Shown here: piece by piece, positions 63,650-64,000 of the stretch
Layout: every line of letters begins with the position of its first letter
Numbering within the stretch: position 1 is the stretch's first letter
Source of the DNA: Mobula hypostoma
Taxonomy: Eukaryota
Reading direction: 5' to 3'
Length of the DNA stretch: 64,000 nucleotides
NCBI RefSeq assembly: GCF_963921235.1
Contig: NC_086097.1
Span: 144,834,001 to 144,898,000 of the forward strand
Program-made: the position numbers and the translations under genes
Notes under the pieces: generated by a model
Databases searched by the model: none
The model's input: the letters and a program-made list of their open reading frames with translations, nothing else
What the model was told of the DNA's origin: nothing

Positions 63650-64000
63650 GTGAAGATCCCTGCTGCACCCAGTGATCTCCGTCTCAAAGGCCGATGTTGG
63701 CCTGTCTTTAGGGAGGGTGAACCCTTGCAAGGGAGCAGGCCCTGATGGAGTACCTGGTAAGGCTCTGAAAACTTGTACCAACAGCTAGCAGAAGGTTCAA
63801 GGTCATTTTCAAACTCTCACTGCTGCAGTAGGAAGTTTCCACCTGCTTCAAAAAGGCAACAATTATTCCAGTGCCTAAGAAGAGTAGTGTGAGCTGCCTT
63901 AATGACTATCACCCAGTAGCACTCACACCTCCGGTGATGAAATGCTTTGAGAAGTTGGTCACGGCTAGAATCAACTCCTGTCTCAGCAAGGATTTGGACC

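Larger units (their letters stand above)
62345..64000 (+). mobile_element. Rex1/Babar LINE (APE domain to RT start), runs off the window
   Basis: [68 protein letters not shown]. Confidence 0.92.

Noticed and set aside
63319..63745. Arg/Glu/Gly-rich and Ser/Leu/Pro-rich ORFs
   Set aside because: Translations of the GA microsatellite.
1..64000. The many 60-200 aa ORFs in the track as host genes
   Set aside because: Nearly all are TE fragments, antisense frames of TEs or chance ORFs. None resembles a cellular protein I recognise.

Overview
This is eukaryotic, vertebrate-type intergenic or intronic DNA. I could not recognise any host protein-coding exon, rRNA, true tRNA gene or CRISPR array. 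Well over half of the window is a mosaic of nested transposable elements: CR1 and Rex1/Babar LINEs, Penelope-like elements (PLEs), an RTE-clade fragment, several tRNA-derived SINE families, a deleted Tc1 and one Tf1/sushi-type chromoviral Gypsy provirus. The repertoire suggests a cartilaginous fish, probably a ray (inference only). The best-supported highlights are four. (1) Penelope insertions with inverted arms, target-site duplications (TSDs) and minimal hammerhead ribozyme motifs, one with an intact core at 41549-41584. (2) A Gypsy element whose primer-binding site is complementary to its own LTR, which implies self-priming. (3) A young CR1 with a 753-aa ORF2 inserted antisense into an older CR1. 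(4) An RTE LINE inserted exactly into the B box of a SINE that itself lies inside a CR1. These are instances of known mechanisms; I cannot show a wholly new system from sequence alone. Family names come from recognition by eye, not database searches, and the boundaries of old repeats are approximate (tens of bp).
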